This document shows positions 29,212 to 37,844 of a DNA stretch of 41,419 nt, in pieces; position 1 is the stretch's first letter, and each line of letters begins with the position of its first letter. The notes below the pieces were generated by a model. It made no database searches. It was not told where the DNA came from and saw only the letters and a program-made list of their open reading frames with translations. This stretch comes from Parachlamydiales bacterium (lineage in GTDB: Bacteria > Chlamydiota > Chlamydiia > Chlamydiales > Parachlamydiaceae). Both the position numbers and the translations under genes were made by a program. The stretch is from assembly GCA_020051075.1 (NCBI GenBank), contig JAGVJP010000083.1, positions 1 through 41,419 on the forward strand, read 5' to 3'.

Positions 29212-29825
29212 TAGGCTCTGATCAGACCAGCCAACACCCCTTGAATTGAGATCAGCTCGTGTTTGAGCGTCATCGATGAGGGGTGTGGAGCCAGCCCTTC
29301 TAAACGGATGTAATGCCCCTCAGGGTAATATCTCTTCAAGAAGCTGTCGTGCTGGTTGATCAGTCCTAGAACCATTTCTCCTGCTTCGATCTCTTGCCTC
29401 GTTTCGATGAGCAGGAGATCGCCATTGATGATTGACTCCTCTTTAAGGGAATCCCCTTGCACTTGGAGGATGTATGTCGCCTCTGGACTGGCGACCAGGG
29501 CTGCAGGGACAGCCATATTTTCTGACTGAATAAACAGCTCCAATGGATAGCCGATGGAGAGATAGCCGATAAACGGGAGGATGAGTTCGTTTGAATTTTT
29601 TGCTACGACGGCTTCTTTAACGGGCAGAAGAGACCGCTTCGATTGCTTATCTCCTGTCAACACCCCTTTCCGCTGCAAAACCTGTATGTGCTTATAGACA
29701 GTGCCGGTGGAGCTAAAATCAAAATGCTCCATGATCTCACGGTAGGAAGGGGAATAATGATGCTCTTCAATATACCGTTGGATGAAGGTTAAAATTTCAA
29801 ATTGCTTTGCTGTCAGTCCGTGCAT
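29208..29825 (-). CDS. lexA: LexA-family repressor
   Basis: LT.KQ.EIL.FI...PSYREI...H...L..KG winged HTH; S24 domain with GDSL serine and LKR lysine. Confidence 0.88.
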   Translation of the reverse strand: MHGLTAKQFEILTFIQRYIEEHHYSPSYREIMEHFDFSSTGTVYKHIQVLQRKGVLTGDKQSKRSLLPVKEAVVAKNSNELILPFIGYLSIGYPLELFIQSENMAVPAALVASPEATYILQVQGDSLKEESIINGDLLLIETRQEIEAGEMVLGLINQHDSFLKRYYPEGHYIRLEGLAPHPSSMTLKHELISIQGVLAGLIRAY

Positions 29826-30501
29826 GACCCTTCCGTAGATAGATGAAGAATAAATAGGCCAGAGACCAGGCGACCAGCCACATGATTAACGCTGAAGCAA
29901 GCACATCGGATAAGAAATGCCCGCCTTGAGCGATGCGTGCGAGGCTGAGGAGTCCCCCTAACCCCCAGGCGACAGACATCCCGCCCCAGTATAGCATGGC
30001 GTTCTGCAGGACGGCTCCCAAGATGGCGACAGAGAAGAAATAGAACCCCATGGTGCTATGTCCGCTTGAGAACGATTTCAACGGCTTTGATGAATTTGCA
30101 AGGTTTGGTTGATAAAAGGGGCGAAACGGCTCTGTCCCTCCAAATTCTTCAACTTGGCGTGGGCGGGGACGCTGCCAATTCTCCTTCAAGCCGGCATGGA
30201 CGATCAAGCCTGAACCGATGGCTAGGGTTAGGATAAGGTAGAGGCAGGGGAGTCTCCAGCGTTGATTTGATGGATAGAAGGAGAGGGCGAGTCCGACGAG
30301 AGCAGCGCCAACGGTCAGCCAGGCGGGGATGATGCCATAGCGGTAGATGGCATCCCAAAAGTCATGTTGCGAGAAGAGTCCATCATGGTAGAAAAACCGG
30401 CTCAAGGAGAGGTCGAGCTCGCTCAGCCAGGGCGCTGCCGCTAGAAATAGCAAGATCGGTAGGAGGAATCCTGTCCATGGGTTTAATTTTAAAGTATTCA
30501 T
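29797..30501 (-). CDS. PAP2-family membrane phosphatase (lipid A phosphatase/PgpB-like)
   Basis: K-X4-RPRP (KX6RP), FSSGH, RIAQGGHFLSD motifs; several TM segments. Confidence 0.88.
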   Translation of the reverse strand: MNTLKLNPWTGFLLPILLFLAAAPWLSELDLSLSRFFYHDGLFSQHDFWDAIYRYGIIPAWLTVGAALVGLALSFYPSNQRWRLPCLYLILTLAIGSGLIVHAGLKENWQRPRPRQVEEFGGTEPFRPFYQPNLANSSKPLKSFSSGHSTMGFYFFSVAILGAVLQNAMLYWGGMSVAWGLGGLLSLARIAQGGHFLSDVLASALIMWLVAWSLAYLFFIYLRKGHARTDSKAI

Positions 30502-30512
30502 GTTCACTTATT

Positions 30513-31478
30513 TTAAATTAAAGATTTCCAAGCATGGTCGATCATCTCTTCTAACGTATAGTGTGGCCGCCATTGGAGTTGATTATACGCTTTTTGCGCA
30601 TTTGCAACAAGGGTTGGAGGATCTCCCGCCCGTCGCTTTCCTTCAACGATCTTCAAAGAGCGACCGGTTACCTTCTCGATCGCAGAGAGAACTTCTCTCA
30701 CGCTGTGGCCTTTGCTGTTGCCCAGGTTGTAGAATGCTGTTTCTGATCCATCCATGAGATTCTCTAGTCCTTTCAGATGTGCTGCTGCAAGGTCGTCGAT
30801 GTGGATATAGTCTCGAACGCATGTGCCATCGAAGGTGGGGTAGTCGGTTCCATTGATGGTGACTTCTTTATTGTTTATGAGGTTTCGAAGAGCTAAAGGG
30901 ATGAGGTTGGTGACGGTGGTTTGGAAATTCTTCCTTTTACCTTGAGGATCTCCTCCAGCGGCGTTGAAGTAACGGAAACGGTACGACTTCAGTCCATAGG
31001 CCTTGTCGAAGTCGTCCAGGATATTCTCAACCATCCACTTGGTCATTCCGTAAGGGTTGACAGGGTTGCAAAGATCTCCCTCTTCGATCATGTCAGCTTT
31101 AGGAGTGCCGTAAACGGCTGCTGTTGAGGAGAAGATGAGTTTGTTGACGCGATGGCGCGTCATCGCCTGGAGGAGGGCGAGGGTTCCTGCAACGTTGTTG
31201 TGGTAGTAGAGAGCGGGGTTTTTGACCGATTCACCTACGTCGATGAGGGCAGCAAAATGCATCACAGCTTCGAAACGATGTGCAGCGAAAAGGTCGTCTA
31301 AAGCTTGGGGATCTGTCAACTCACCGACAACCAACTTCCCATCGGGAGTCATCGACTGGTGCCCGCGAGAAAGGTTGTCAAAGACCACTATTTCATAGGA
31401 TTTTTCTTTAACCCGGTGGGCGATGTGGGAGCCGATGAAACCTGCCCCCCCCGTGATAAGAATTTTTGGTTTTGTCAT
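30513..31478 (-). CDS. galE: UDP-glucose 4-epimerase
   Basis: TGGAGFIGSH, HFAA...VGES, FSSTAAVYG, YGMTK, RYFN, DGTCVRDYIH. Confidence 0.95.
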   Translation of the reverse strand: MTKPKILITGGAGFIGSHIAHRVKEKSYEIVVFDNLSRGHQSMTPDGKLVVGELTDPQALDDLFAAHRFEAVMHFAALIDVGESVKNPALYYHNNVAGTLALLQAMTRHRVNKLIFSSTAAVYGTPKADMIEEGDLCNPVNPYGMTKWMVENILDDFDKAYGLKSYRFRYFNAAGGDPQGKRKNFQTTVTNLIPLALRNLINNKEVTINGTDYPTFDGTCVRDYIHIDDLAAAHLKGLENLMDGSETAFYNLGNSKGHSVREVLSAIEKVTGRSLKIVEGKRRAGDPPTLVANAQKAYNQLQWRPHYTLEEMIDHAWKSLI

Positions 31479-31849
31479 CTATTTATCTCATCTCCTGAGC
31501 TGCAAACGTCTATTCATGCATTGTTTAGCGCCTTTTCATCTAGAAATCATACCCCATCAGGTCAATCCCGTCTACAAATTGATGAAAAGAGGAAAGAATC
31601 TTTAATACGTCTATTAGTTTTGTATATAATTTTCTTAATTTTTGTTAATATCATGTAAATTATATGTAAAGATATCTAAGTAAATAAAATAAAAATCCTG
31701 TTTTGAGTGTGCTATGAAGATGATTGGCTTCATATTTTCGTTTGGATTCTGCAAATTTATGTTTGTTTATCTCGGGATAACCTCTTCTCAATAAGATCAA
31801 CTTTGTGTTAACATCAAGATCATCAGGGATCAATGAGGTTTGAGCGCGC

Positions 31850-34018
31850 ATGAGTGATCGAATGAGTGCCCTAGAGAACCAGCAAGAGCTTAAATTTGCT
31901 GGGGAACAAGGTTTTTTTGATAAGAGCAGGGTTATCCGTTACAGCATCATACTCATGCTCGTGATCACTTTATTCATGTTTCTCCACCATAGAGAAATTC
32001 AGGTGGAGAATCTAGAACTCAACACCATCGCACCGAGCTATATTGTCTCTCAAGTCAGTTTTGACTTTCCCGATGAAGAGGCAACGCTCATTCTGAGGCA
32101 GGATGCCCTCAGAGATGTTGGGAGAATTTATGCGTTGTCGCAGAAAGACGTCACGCAGAAGCGGATCGAGTTCGAAAATTTTCTTCTATACAATCAATCT
32201 TGGCAGGACGAAGGGTCGGGAAATGTCTTCAACACCTTATACAACGCTACTGACACGATGGAACGGGCGTTGTTGGACATTCGTTTCACCGATGCGCTAA
32301 CCTATGAAACTCTTGAACGGTTAGGGTTTCCACTGAAAAATTATATCGTCTACCTTCCAAATACTTCTGAGAATGCTATTCTTCCGTCTTCTGTTTGGGC
32401 TAATATACAGGAACACTTCTTCAATTCTAACGCTTACAACCCTTTAGTCATCAGCTTAATTTTCGAGTTCTTTAAAAATGCTCCTTGGCATATCGAAGAT
32501 GATATCGTCGCACAGCAGCTCCTACGCAGGAAGATTCAAGCTGAAGTGCCGGAGAAGATGACCCACGTCAGTGCGGGAAAACGGATCATCGGTCAGGGAG
32601 ATCGGGTGACTTCTCGCCATATGGCGATGCTGCAAGCGATGAAGACAGAACTTGGCGTCAGCCGAAATCTAAACCACCCCTTGACTCACTTGGGATCACT
32701 GATCCTCACGCTCTTATTCGTCGGAGTCTTTCTCAGCTATTTCCAAATCAACCAGCCCCTACTGCTGACCTCAAACCGCAAACTCTTCCTCCTAGTCACC
32801 ATCATCATATTGACTTTGGGTCTTTCTAAACTGGCTGAATTTTTCCTGCTAAGCTCCCGCAACAGTTTAATCGAGATCATCCGCTACCCGATATTCGTCC
32901 CTTTGGCTGCAATTCTTGTGTGTAATTTGATTAACCCTTCCGTTGCCACTTTTACAGCAGGATTTTTAACGATCAGTTCAGCCATAGCACTTGCATTCGA
33001 TTGGCAAGGGTTCTTGATTTTCAATCTGATTGCTTCTCTCGTCGCCATCTTGAGTACACACTCGCTGCGCCGACGAAAAGAGATTTTCATTGTCTGCCTG
33101 AAAGCATGGCTCTGCACTGTCGCAGCTATCGTCGCTTTACATCTCTATACGAGCAATTATAACGAATGGTCTGTCCTAGCCGACATTGGCAGCACATGCT
33201 TCTTCATGCTATTGACAGCAGTCCTCGTTGTTGGGATCCTTCCTCTCCTCGAAGCGAGTTTCTCTATCATGACCGATGTGACGCTGATGGAATACATGGA
33301 TCCGAACCACGACCTCTTGCGCCGTTTGACCATTGAAGCGCCTGGAACTTACCAGCACTCTGTCGTCGTTGGCAACCTCGCTGAGGCAGCTGCTCTCGCC
33401 ATCCAAGCTAACGGCCTTTTCTGCCGCGTTGCGACCCTTTATCACGATATCGGCAAGATGGCAACATCGCAGTACTTCACTGAAAATCAACTTGGTGATG
33501 TCAACATCCATCAGCTCCTCACCCCCCAGGAATCTGCTCAGGTGATTATGGCGCATGTCCCAGAAGGCGTTGCCTTAGCTCGTGAAGCTGGTCTGCCTGA
33601 ACCGATCATCGACATCATCAAGGAACACCACGGCACCACGTTGGTCTATTACTTCTACCGAAAACAACTTGACCGGATGAACGGTGATGAAAGCAAGGTC
33701 GATGAGCGGGAATTTCGTTATGCTGGTCCGAAACCTCGCAGCAAGGAGTCTGGCATCATCATGATTGCAGATTCTTTTGAGGCGGCATCGCGGTCCTTGG
33801 AACGGGTCACTGAAGAGGCATTGACAGAACTGATCGACAGGATTGTAAGAGAAAAGATCGAGGACGGTCAATTCGATCAGTGCCTCTTAACGTTTGAAGA
33901 GCTTTCCATCGTCAAGCGGATGTTAGTTAAAACATTGCTGGCCGCCGGCCACTCGCGCATTAAATACCCAGCGCATAAAGAAAAGGGGATACATGAACAC
34001 TTTGAAGAGAGTTCTTAA
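31850..34018 (+). CDS. 7TM-HD (HDIG) phosphohydrolase, PgpH-like c-di-AMP phosphodiesterase family
   Basis: Large extracytoplasmic domain, multi-TM region, then APGTYQHS, YHDIGK, EHHGT, YAGPKP, ADSFEAASR. Confidence 0.88.
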   Translation: MSDRMSALENQQELKFAGEQGFFDKSRVIRYSIILMLVITLFMFLHHREIQVENLELNTIAPSYIVSQVSFDFPDEEATLILRQDALRDVGRIYALSQKDVTQKRIEFENFLLYNQSWQDEGSGNVFNTLYNATDTMERALLDIRFTDALTYETLERLGFPLKNYIVYLPNTSENAILPSSVWANIQEHFFNSNAYNPLVISLIFEFFKNAPWHIEDDIVAQQLLRRKIQAEVPEKMTHVSAGKRIIGQGDRVTSRHMAMLQAMKTELGVSRNLNHPLTHLGSLILTLLFVGVFLSYFQINQPLLLTSNRKLFLLVTIIILTLGLSKLAEFFLLSSRNSLIEIIRYPIFVPLAAILVCNLINPSVATFTAGFLTISSAIALAFDWQGFLIFNLIASLVAILSTHSLRRRKEIFIVCLKAWLCTVAAIVALHLYTSNYNEWSVLADIGSTCFFMLLTAVLVVGILPLLEASFSIMTDVTLMEYMDPNHDLLRRLTIEAPGTYQHSVVVGNLAEAAALAIQANGLFCRVATLYHDIGKMATSQYFTENQLGDVNIHQLLTPQESAQVIMAHVPEGVALAREAGLPEPIIDIIKEHHGTTLVYYFYRKQLDRMNGDESKVDEREFRYAGPKPRSKESGIIMIADSFEAASRSLERVTEEALTELIDRIVREKIEDGQFDQCLLTFEELSIVKRMLVKTLLAAGHSRIKYPAHKEKGIHEHFEESS

Positions 34019-34026
34019 AGGAGACA

Positions 34027-35253
34027 ATGGATACAGAATCTGATTCGATACGAGAGTCTGAAGAGAGCGCAACATCAGGTTTTTCTCAATTTAACCTCGA
34101 TCCTGCGATTATTAAAGGATTGAACCAAATTGACTATAAAGAGCCGACAGCGATACAAGCGCAGGCAATTCCACTCATTCTGGAAGGAAAAGACCTCATC
34201 GCCTTAGCCCATACGGGTTCAGGCAAAACGGCCGCTTGTGCGATTCCAATATGCCAGCGTGTCGATCCTTCCCGCCCGCAAGTGCAGGCGTTGATCATCG
34301 TGCCAACCAGAGAACTTGCCTTGCAATATGCCACCGACACCCAGAAAGTGGGACGGTTTAAAGGGGTAAAGACTTTTGCGATTTTAGGAGGCGAAGATGC
34401 CGCTATGCAGCAATCTAAGCTTAAACATGGGGTGCAAGTTCTTGTGGCTACCCCAGGCAGGCTGATAGACTTTATCTATAGCCGTCAAATCGATCTATCC
34501 CAAGTGGAAACGTTGATTTTAGATGAAGCTGATGAGATGTTGAGCATGGGATTTTATGATGATCTGGAATTCATCATCCAATGCCTCGTTCATGAACATC
34601 AAACGCTCCTGTTCTCGGCGACGATGCCTCCTCCGATACAGAAACTGGCTAAGTCTCATATGAATAATCCTCATGAGGTAAATTTAATCTTGGAGGTGCG
34701 GGACCCAGATAAAATCAAGCATTGCTTTGTTTACTGTGCGCCTCATGACAAAGAGAGCGAATTGATTAAACAGGTAGAACAGATGAACCCTGTCCAGGCG
34801 ATTGTTTTTTGTCAGTCGCGCCACCAAGTGGAGAAAGTTTGCCAGGTTCTGCAGAAGAAGTTCCCCGCAGTGGATTTCTTGCATGCGGGCATGTCGCAGG
34901 ATATTCGTACCATCGTCACGAGCAAATTTCGAAGCGGCAAAGTGCGCATCCTTGTTGCGACTGACGTGGTTGCACGAGGACTTGACTTCTCCAAAGTCAG
35001 CCATGTGTTCATCTTTCAGCTTCCTAAAGATCCTGATGTTTTCGTCCACCGCTCTGGAAGGACGGGCCGCTATGATAAAGAAGGCTTAGTCGTTTCATTT
35101 GTCACTTCGTACGATTTAGACCTTCTCCGTCCCATCATGAGCCATCTGAAACAAGAGCCCAATTGGCTTGGGGAACCCCCTTCGGAAGGCGGCCGACCGC
35201 ATAGACCTAGGTCAGGCTATTCCAGAAGACCGCCGCGTCAAAATCCCAAATAA
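34027..35253 (+). CDS. DEAD-box RNA helicase
   Basis: Q motif, TGSGKT, PTRELA, TPGR, DEAD, SAT, ARGLD, HRSGRTGR. Confidence 0.96.
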   Translation: MDTESDSIRESEESATSGFSQFNLDPAIIKGLNQIDYKEPTAIQAQAIPLILEGKDLIALAHTGSGKTAACAIPICQRVDPSRPQVQALIIVPTRELALQYATDTQKVGRFKGVKTFAILGGEDAAMQQSKLKHGVQVLVATPGRLIDFIYSRQIDLSQVETLILDEADEMLSMGFYDDLEFIIQCLVHEHQTLLFSATMPPPIQKLAKSHMNNPHEVNLILEVRDPDKIKHCFVYCAPHDKESELIKQVEQMNPVQAIVFCQSRHQVEKVCQVLQKKFPAVDFLHAGMSQDIRTIVTSKFRSGKVRILVATDVVARGLDFSKVSHVFIFQLPKDPDVFVHRSGRTGRYDKEGLVVSFVTSYDLDLLRPIMSHLKQEPNWLGEPPSEGGRPHRPRSGYSRRPPRQNPK

Positions 35254-35262
35254 GACGCCAAC

Positions 35263-35545
35263 ACAGGATAAGCAAAAAGGACAGAACAGGATAAGCAGGA
35301 TCGCTTCGCGGCAGGATAGGCAGGATATAAAAACAGGATAGGGAGGATGGGAAGGATAAAAAAAAAGATAATAATCATTTTCTCTTTAATCTCTAAAAAG
35401 AAGCTTACTGATCTTATCATGATTCTATTATCCTCCCTATCCTGTTTTTATATCCTGCCTATCCTGCCGCGAAGCGATCCTGCCTATCCTGTTTTTTTGT
35501 CTATTTTGCTTATCTTGGTTTTTGTTAATCCTGCATATCTTGTTA
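35263..35545. repeat. CAGGATAGG-family palindromic element, copy 7 (between convergent genes)
   Basis: Both cores intact; the right terminus tatcttgTTA is the stop codon of the YkgJ-like gene. Confidence 0.93.
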
Positions 35546-35992
35546 GTATTTAGTGATGGCATCTTCTTGGATGAACCGCTGGTTTTCGATGGTTTTAAGA
35601 GGAACGAGTGGGGCTTCCGGGCAGATTCCTTCACATCCTCGAGCGGCCTTTCGCCATTCTTCGGGGGATTCCAGCAGCTGCGGCCACCACGGAAACGTGC
35701 GGCACTGGGTTGGACGGACCGAATAAATGGTGCATTTCTTATCTTTCAAGAAGATGCAGTCATACGATTTAGGCATTTCAAGCAGGGAAAATCGTCCTTT
35801 GACCCGTCTGAGATAGAGGCGGGCAAAGTCGTCGATAGTGAGATTGAGAAAAGCAGCAATCTGTTCGATTTCTTCTTCGCTCACCCAAATATATCCGGGA
35901 GAGCCCGTGCAGCATTGACCGCAGCCTGTGCATTCGAAATGCAGCCCTTCGGCGTACCAAGGAGATGGGGGGAGGACGTTGAGTTTATTCAT
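35543..35992 (-). CDS. YkgJ-family cysteine-cluster (CxxCxxCC) protein
   Basis: FECTGCGQCC, CIFL, CTIYSVRPTQCRTFPWW, CEGI. Confidence 0.9.
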   Translation of the reverse strand: MNKLNVLPPSPWYAEGLHFECTGCGQCCTGSPGYIWVSEEEIEQIAAFLNLTIDDFARLYLRRVKGRFSLLEMPKSYDCIFLKDKKCTIYSVRPTQCRTFPWWPQLLESPEEWRKAARGCEGICPEAPLVPLKTIENQRFIQEDAITKY

Positions 35993-36105
35993 TCGTCGTT
36001 GTTATTTTTTCTGATTTGGCGGATCCCTGCAACAACAAATAAAATGAGGAAGATGATGCAGATGATCCCAACAACAGCAGCTTCAACAAATAAGGCTAGC
36101 AACAT
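35989..36105 (-). CDS. 38-aa single-TM small protein (not in the ORF track)
   Basis: MLLALFVEAAVVGIICIIFLILFVVAGIRQIRKNNNDE; AGGA RBS; its TGA overlaps the YkgJ-like ATG (ATGA). Confidence 0.65.
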   Translation of the reverse strand: MLLALFVEAAVVGIICIIFLILFVVAGIRQIRKNNNDE

Positions 36106-36199
36106 AACGATTCCTACTTTAAGTTGATAGTATTTTACAGAAATCTGACTTTCTGAGAACCTAATTAAACATTAGCTGATGAATTACGGAGATTGATCG

Positions 36200-37582
36200 A
36201 TGCAGAAACAGAGAGAACATTGGGGATCGCATTTAGGTTTCATCTTAGCTGCAGCAGGTTCTGCAATAGGGCTTGGCACGCTGTGGAAGTTTCCTTATGT
36301 CACTGGGCAGAATGGAGGAGGGATCTTCGTCTTCATCTACATCCTCTGCACGTTTGTGATTGGCATCCCCGTCTTCATCGCAGAGTTGATATTGGGGAGG
36401 AAAGCACAGCGCGGTGCCGTCGGCATCTTCGCAACACTGGGAGACAACTCCGCGGTTTGGAAGACTGCAGGCTGGCTTGGCGTTGCCGCCTCCTTTCTGA
36501 TTATGTCCTACTACAGCGTGTTGGCAGGATGGGGTTTGAATTACGTCTTCATGTCGCTGAGCCAGTTTTCAAAGGATATGACTCCGCAGGAGATCTCCAA
36601 TGTCTTCGATGTCCTCTCTTCCTCTGCTGACATCACCCTATTTTGGCATGTTGCCTTCACAGCACTCACAGCGGCCGTCGTCTATCAAGGGATACGTCAA
36701 GGGATTGAATACTGGAGCCGTTTCATGACGTTGAGCCTATTGGTGATTTTAGTGGGAATGTGCATCTATGCAACCACATTAGATGGATTCAGCCAAGGGG
36801 TGAGATTCATCTTCTATCCTGACTTCTCCCATTTTAAGCCTTCAGCTGCCATTGAGGCGTTAGGACTTTCTTTTTTTACACTTAGCTTAGGACAAGGGAT
36901 CATGTTGACGTATGGCAGCTACATGCGCCGCGGCGACGACATCCCGAGAACTGCTGTCATCATTGCAACGATGATCATTGTGATTTCTGCGCTGGCGGGT
37001 TTAATGATATTCCCTATTATCTTCACGTTTGGCTTTGCTCCAGAAGCAGGACCCGGCCTGGTTTTTAAAACATTGCCGGTGTTGTTTGCTAAACTCCCAG
37101 GCTCGCTCTTCATCTCGACGGCATTTTTCATTTTATTTGTCTTCACGGCGTTGACGTCGGCAGTCGCTTTGATCGAGGTGGTCGCTGCAAACTTCGTCGA
37201 TTTGTTCGGCTGGTCGCGGCATAAATCGGTTTTAGTCGTGGCGATAAGCTGTTCAATCTTTGGGATTCCCAGCGCTCTGTCGAAGACAGGGACGCTATTT
37301 GCCAACTGGCCGGAGATTTATGGTAAAACGTTTTTTCAAACTGTGGATGACATCGTTTCTCTTTGGCTTTTACCTATTGGCGGACTCATGGTCGCGATGT
37401 TCACTGGTTGGTTCCTCGACAAGCAGATTAGCCAAGAAGAATTTTACTCTGGGACGACGATGCGGTGGCTATGGAGGCCTTGGATGTTTTTTATCCGTTG
37501 GGTCAGCCCTGTAGCTATTCTTTTTATCATCCTTCAGCAAAGCGGCATCATCAATGTCGATGCCCTTGTGGGAACAGGATAG
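36200..37582 (+). CDS. Sodium-dependent transporter, neurotransmitter:sodium symporter (SLC6/LeuT) family
   Basis: REHW...GFILAAAGSAIGLGTLWKFPY..GQNGGG, FFTLSLG, GPGLVF, ALTS. Confidence 0.95.
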   Translation: MQKQREHWGSHLGFILAAAGSAIGLGTLWKFPYVTGQNGGGIFVFIYILCTFVIGIPVFIAELILGRKAQRGAVGIFATLGDNSAVWKTAGWLGVAASFLIMSYYSVLAGWGLNYVFMSLSQFSKDMTPQEISNVFDVLSSSADITLFWHVAFTALTAAVVYQGIRQGIEYWSRFMTLSLLVILVGMCIYATTLDGFSQGVRFIFYPDFSHFKPSAAIEALGLSFFTLSLGQGIMLTYGSYMRRGDDIPRTAVIIATMIIVISALAGLMIFPIIFTFGFAPEAGPGLVFKTLPVLFAKLPGSLFISTAFFILFVFTALTSAVALIEVVAANFVDLFGWSRHKSVLVVAISCSIFGIPSALSKTGTLFANWPEIYGKTFFQTVDDIVSLWLLPIGGLMVAMFTGWFLDKQISQEEFYSGTTMRWLWRPWMFFIRWVSPVAILFIILQQSGIINVDALVGTG

Positions 37583-37844
37583 GCAGGATAAACAAAAAAA
37601 CAGGATAGGCAGGATCGCTTCGCGGCAGGATGGGCAGGATAGGAAAGATAGGACGGGAAAAACAAATTTAGAATAAAAAATAAGATATTTAAATCTACCC
37701 TATTTTTTCATCATGATCATCCCTATCCTTCCTATCATGTTTTTTTATCCTGCCCATCCTGCCGCGAAGCGATCCTGCGTATCCTGTTTTTTTGTTTATC
37801 CTGCGTATCCTGTTTTTCTTGCCGTGAAGCGATCTTGTTTATCC
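37573..37844. repeat. CAGGATAGG-family palindromic element, copy 8 (overlaps the stops of both flanking genes)
   Basis: Transporter TAG lies in aacaggaTAG; groEL TAA lies in ggaTAAacaagatc on the minus strand; extra third core gccgtgaagcgatc. Confidence 0.93.

Noticed and set aside
29208..29825. Prophage CI-like repressor
   Set aside because: The N-terminal domain is the LexA winged helix, and no phage genes are nearby.
35522..36127. 201-aa plus-strand ORF
   Set aside because: Antisense to the well-supported YkgJ-like gene and the 38-aa ORF, and it starts inside a repeat.
3526..37844. CRISPR interpretation of the repeats
   Set aside because: Repeats are inverted, dispersed and of variable unit number, with no constant-length unique spacers and no cas genes in the window.
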